Part shown: positions 17,983 to 20,905 of the stretch, in pieces
How the letters are laid out: each line of letters begins with the position of its first letter
Numbering within the stretch: the stretch's first letter is position 1
Origin: Piromyces finnis finn
Taxonomy: Eukaryota > Fungi > Neocallimastigomycota
Assembly (NCBI GenBank): GCA_002104945.1
Contig: MCFH01000180.1
Coordinates: 1-20,905 of the forward strand
Reading direction: 5' to 3'
Length of the DNA stretch: 20,905 bases
The notes under the pieces: model-generated
Told to the model about the DNA's origin: nothing
The model's database searches: none
What the model saw: the letters and a program-made list of their open reading frames with translations, nothing else
Program-made: the position numbers and the translations under genes

Positions 17983-20397
17983 ATGAATATATCTATTTTA
18001 TTGATTTCAATTATTATTAATACAATAAAATGTATTTCTGCTCAAAGCCCTATTAATGAAGAATGTATTATAGTAAATAAAATATTCCATAACGACCAAA
18101 CATATAATTGTTGTCAAGACGGAGGTGTGACTTGTTCAAATGATGGTCATATCATTAAGCTGTAATAAATTGATTATTTTTTTTTTTTTACTATTATTTT
18201 ATAAAACATAGAAAAAAAAAAGTTGAAACATAATATATATATTACATTTTTTTTCAATACTTTTAAAATATAATTATATATGGTTCTACTTTTAATATAT
18301 ATAATATATATATATATATTACATATTAACATGTTTTACTTATGTCTATTAAAAAAGAAATATGAAAAGTGGGTTTTCTCTAACATCAGAAATTGAAAAT
18401 TTAACAAATTTGGAATATATGTAAGAATAGTTACAATAATTTATTATTAATTATTTATTACTATAAATAAATGATTATGTATTAATATTATTTGATGAAA
18501 TAGACATTTAGTGGAAAGTGAATTTACTGGTTCTATACCACCTGAACTTGGAAATTTATCAAATTTGGAATATTTGTAATAATAATTAAAGTAATTTTTT
18601 TTATGAATTATACATTATTAATACTATATTCTAATATTATTTGAAATAGACATATAGAATGTAGTTCATATGGATCTATACCATCTGAACTTGGAAAATT
18701 ATCTAATTTAAAATACCTGTAATTTAATATAATAAATATTGATATATAAAGACATAAAAAGTTTAAATATATTTATTATATATTTCTTTTTTTTTTTTTT
18801 TGTTAAAAAAAAATAGTCTTTTACAATCAAAAAATATAAGTGGTTTCATTCCACCTGAACTTGGGAATTTATCAAATTTAGAATATTTGTAATTGTTTAA
18901 AATATAATAATAGAAATAAAGAAATTATTATTATAATTTTAATATATTTATCCAAGTATTTATTTCAATTTAAAAAAAGATCAATATATGGAAGTCAGAT
19001 AACTGGTTTAATTCCTTCTTCATTAGGAAATTTATCAAAATTAAGTAGATTGTAATGCGTTAAAAATACCTACTATTTAATAATAATTAAATAAAACATT
19101 TTCTTATTGTTCATTTATTTTTTTTATATATATAAAAGAGACATATCTAATACTAATATAACTGGTAATATTCCACCGGAATATGGAAACTTAATAAATT
19201 TGGAATATTTGTATTTATTTAAAATTATATTATAGAATACTATATATATATATATTCTATAACTCATTATTTTTATTTTCTCTTGAAATAGAGAATTAAT
19301 GAATAACAATTTAGACGGTTCTATACCACCAGAACTTGGAAAATTACCAAAATTAAAAACTTTGTAATTCTTTTTTATTTTTTTTTTTTTAAAATTTTAT
19401 TTTATATCATTATAATTTATTATATATTTATTCTATTAATTTTTATTTAAATAACTAAATCTTTACAATATTTATTTGAAATAGTGCTTTATCTAATAAT
19501 AACTTAAGCGGTTCTATACCACAAGAACTTGGAAAATTACCAAAATTAAAAACTTTGTAATTTTTTTTAAATAATTTATTTTATATTGTATTATGTATTA
19601 TTACTATTCTATTAATTAATATTAAAATACTAAATATTTATAATTTTTATTTGAAATAGTGATTTATCTAATAATAACTTAAGCGGTTCTATACCATCAG
19701 AATTTGAAAATCTATCAAACTTAGAAAAATTGTATATTAATAAATAATAAAGTATCTATAATCCTAATACAATAATTAATAAATAAACTATTTTATTTTA
19801 TTTTAATATGAAATTAGAGATTTATCTAATAATAATTTAACTGGTTCTATACCCCCAGAACTTGCAAAATTATCAAAATTAAAAACTTTGTAATTCCTTT
19901 TTTTTTTTTTTTTTTAATATTCTAATAGAAATATAGATACTTTTTTTTAATTTAACTAAACTAATAATTTTATATTCCATTTTAAATAGAAATTTATCTA
20001 ATAATAACTTAAGTGGTTCAATCCCAAAAGAAATCAAAAAACTAAATATAAAATTGTAATTAATTTCTTTTATTTTTTTTTTAATTACATAAAAAATTTA
20101 TAAAACAAATATTTATATATAATTTTAAATTTAAATTTAATATCAGGAAATACTTCAAATAATCCTTTATTAGAAACAAAGGAAGGAAAGAGTAGTAACA
20201 ATAAATTATTAATAATATTAAGTCCAATTATCCTATGTATTATATTCATTATTTCAGTAATGACATATGTATATTTTAAAAATAGAAAAAGATATACCAA
20301 TTATAATGAAGGTGATACTATAATATCTTCACAACAATATAAAAGTGATAACAACAACGCAATATATAGTGATCTTATTATTAAAACGAATGATTAA
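17983..20397 (+). CDS. 13-exon LRR receptor-like protein: signal peptide, Cys N-cap, 11 plant-type LRRs, TM, short tail (400 aa if a 1-nt excess at 20148-20150 is removed; 322 aa without TM as written)
   Basis: Exons deduced by hand: 17983-18161, 18358-18420, 18504-18575, 18650-18718, 18817-18888, 18980-19051, 19139-19210, 19292-19363, 19485-19556, 19660-19731, 19818-19889, 19990-20055, 20147-20397. All 12 introns are GT-AG, phase 2, 74-196 nt. Repeats match LxLxxNxLsGsIPxELGxLxxL. The last exon frame gives LLIILSPIILCIIFIISVMTYVYF then KNRKR. Confidence 0.88.
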
Positions 20398-20905
20398 ATG
20401 ATATAATTAAAAAAAAAAACTTTCTACATATTTTTCTTTATATTATTTTATAATATCAAAAAAAAAAGGTAATTTAACTCGTTTTATCATATTAAACATA
20501 TTATAATTTATCATAGTATCAATGCTATTGTTAATTAAATAAATCTGTATTGTTATATCATCCCATAAATAAAAAATAATTTATATAATTCAATAAATAA
20601 TACTCAAAAAAAATAAATAAATAAATAGATATAATAATATTAAATAATTAATTAATCTATCTATGATACTATTTAATACAGTATAGAATATATAATAATA
20701 CTATTTATTCTTTGTAAAATATAAATTTTATATATTTTTATATAAAATTTAATAATTATTCCTTTCCATCACAACTTAAAGTTAATAAAAGTACTTTAAA
20801 AAGTTAAAAAAATATACTTTTCCAAAAAAATAAATATATATATAATAAAATATTTTATTGCTCATACAATTCATACATTTAAATTCATTTTATAAAAATC
20901 AAAAT

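Noticed and set aside
19124-20300. Minus-strand ORFs 19124-19309 and 20085-20300
   Set aside because: Antisense to LRR exons and introns that have clear plus-strand splice signals.
3678-20397. RT near a repeat-variable LRR gene as a diversity-generating retroelement
   Set aside because: The RT is a LINE enzyme, no template/variable repeat pair with adenine-specific differences is visible, and the genes are ~10 kb apart with no shared sequence.

Overview
Very AT-rich, intron-containing eukaryotic DNA. Composition, short GT-AG introns and gene content suggest an anaerobic gut fungus (Neocallimastigomycota); this is inference, not proof. The first 9.1 kb is a non-LTR retrotransposon (LINE) locus. 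It holds one intact 1508-aa single-ORF copy on the minus strand (possible RRM-like N-terminus, APE endonuclease, RT, C-terminal CCHC, AATAAA plus poly(A)). That copy is flanked by ~607-bp direct repeats that run into 124-bp hairpin-bearing tandem units. A frameshifted inverted second copy makes positions 1-5606 a quasi-palindrome with a 24-nt spacer, which may be real or an assembly artefact. The rest of the window has an intronless membrane-anchored DPBB/loosenin-like gene (10672-11847, minus), ~6 kb of AT-rich intergenic DNA with small repeats, and a 13-exon gene missed by the ORF track (17983-20397, plus). That gene encodes a plant-type LRR receptor-like protein with one LRR per phase-2 symmetric exon, a recombinant exon and a 1-nt frameshift before the TM exon. 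The best candidates for new biology are the apparently self-targeting head-to-tail LINE and the modular LRR-exon receptor.
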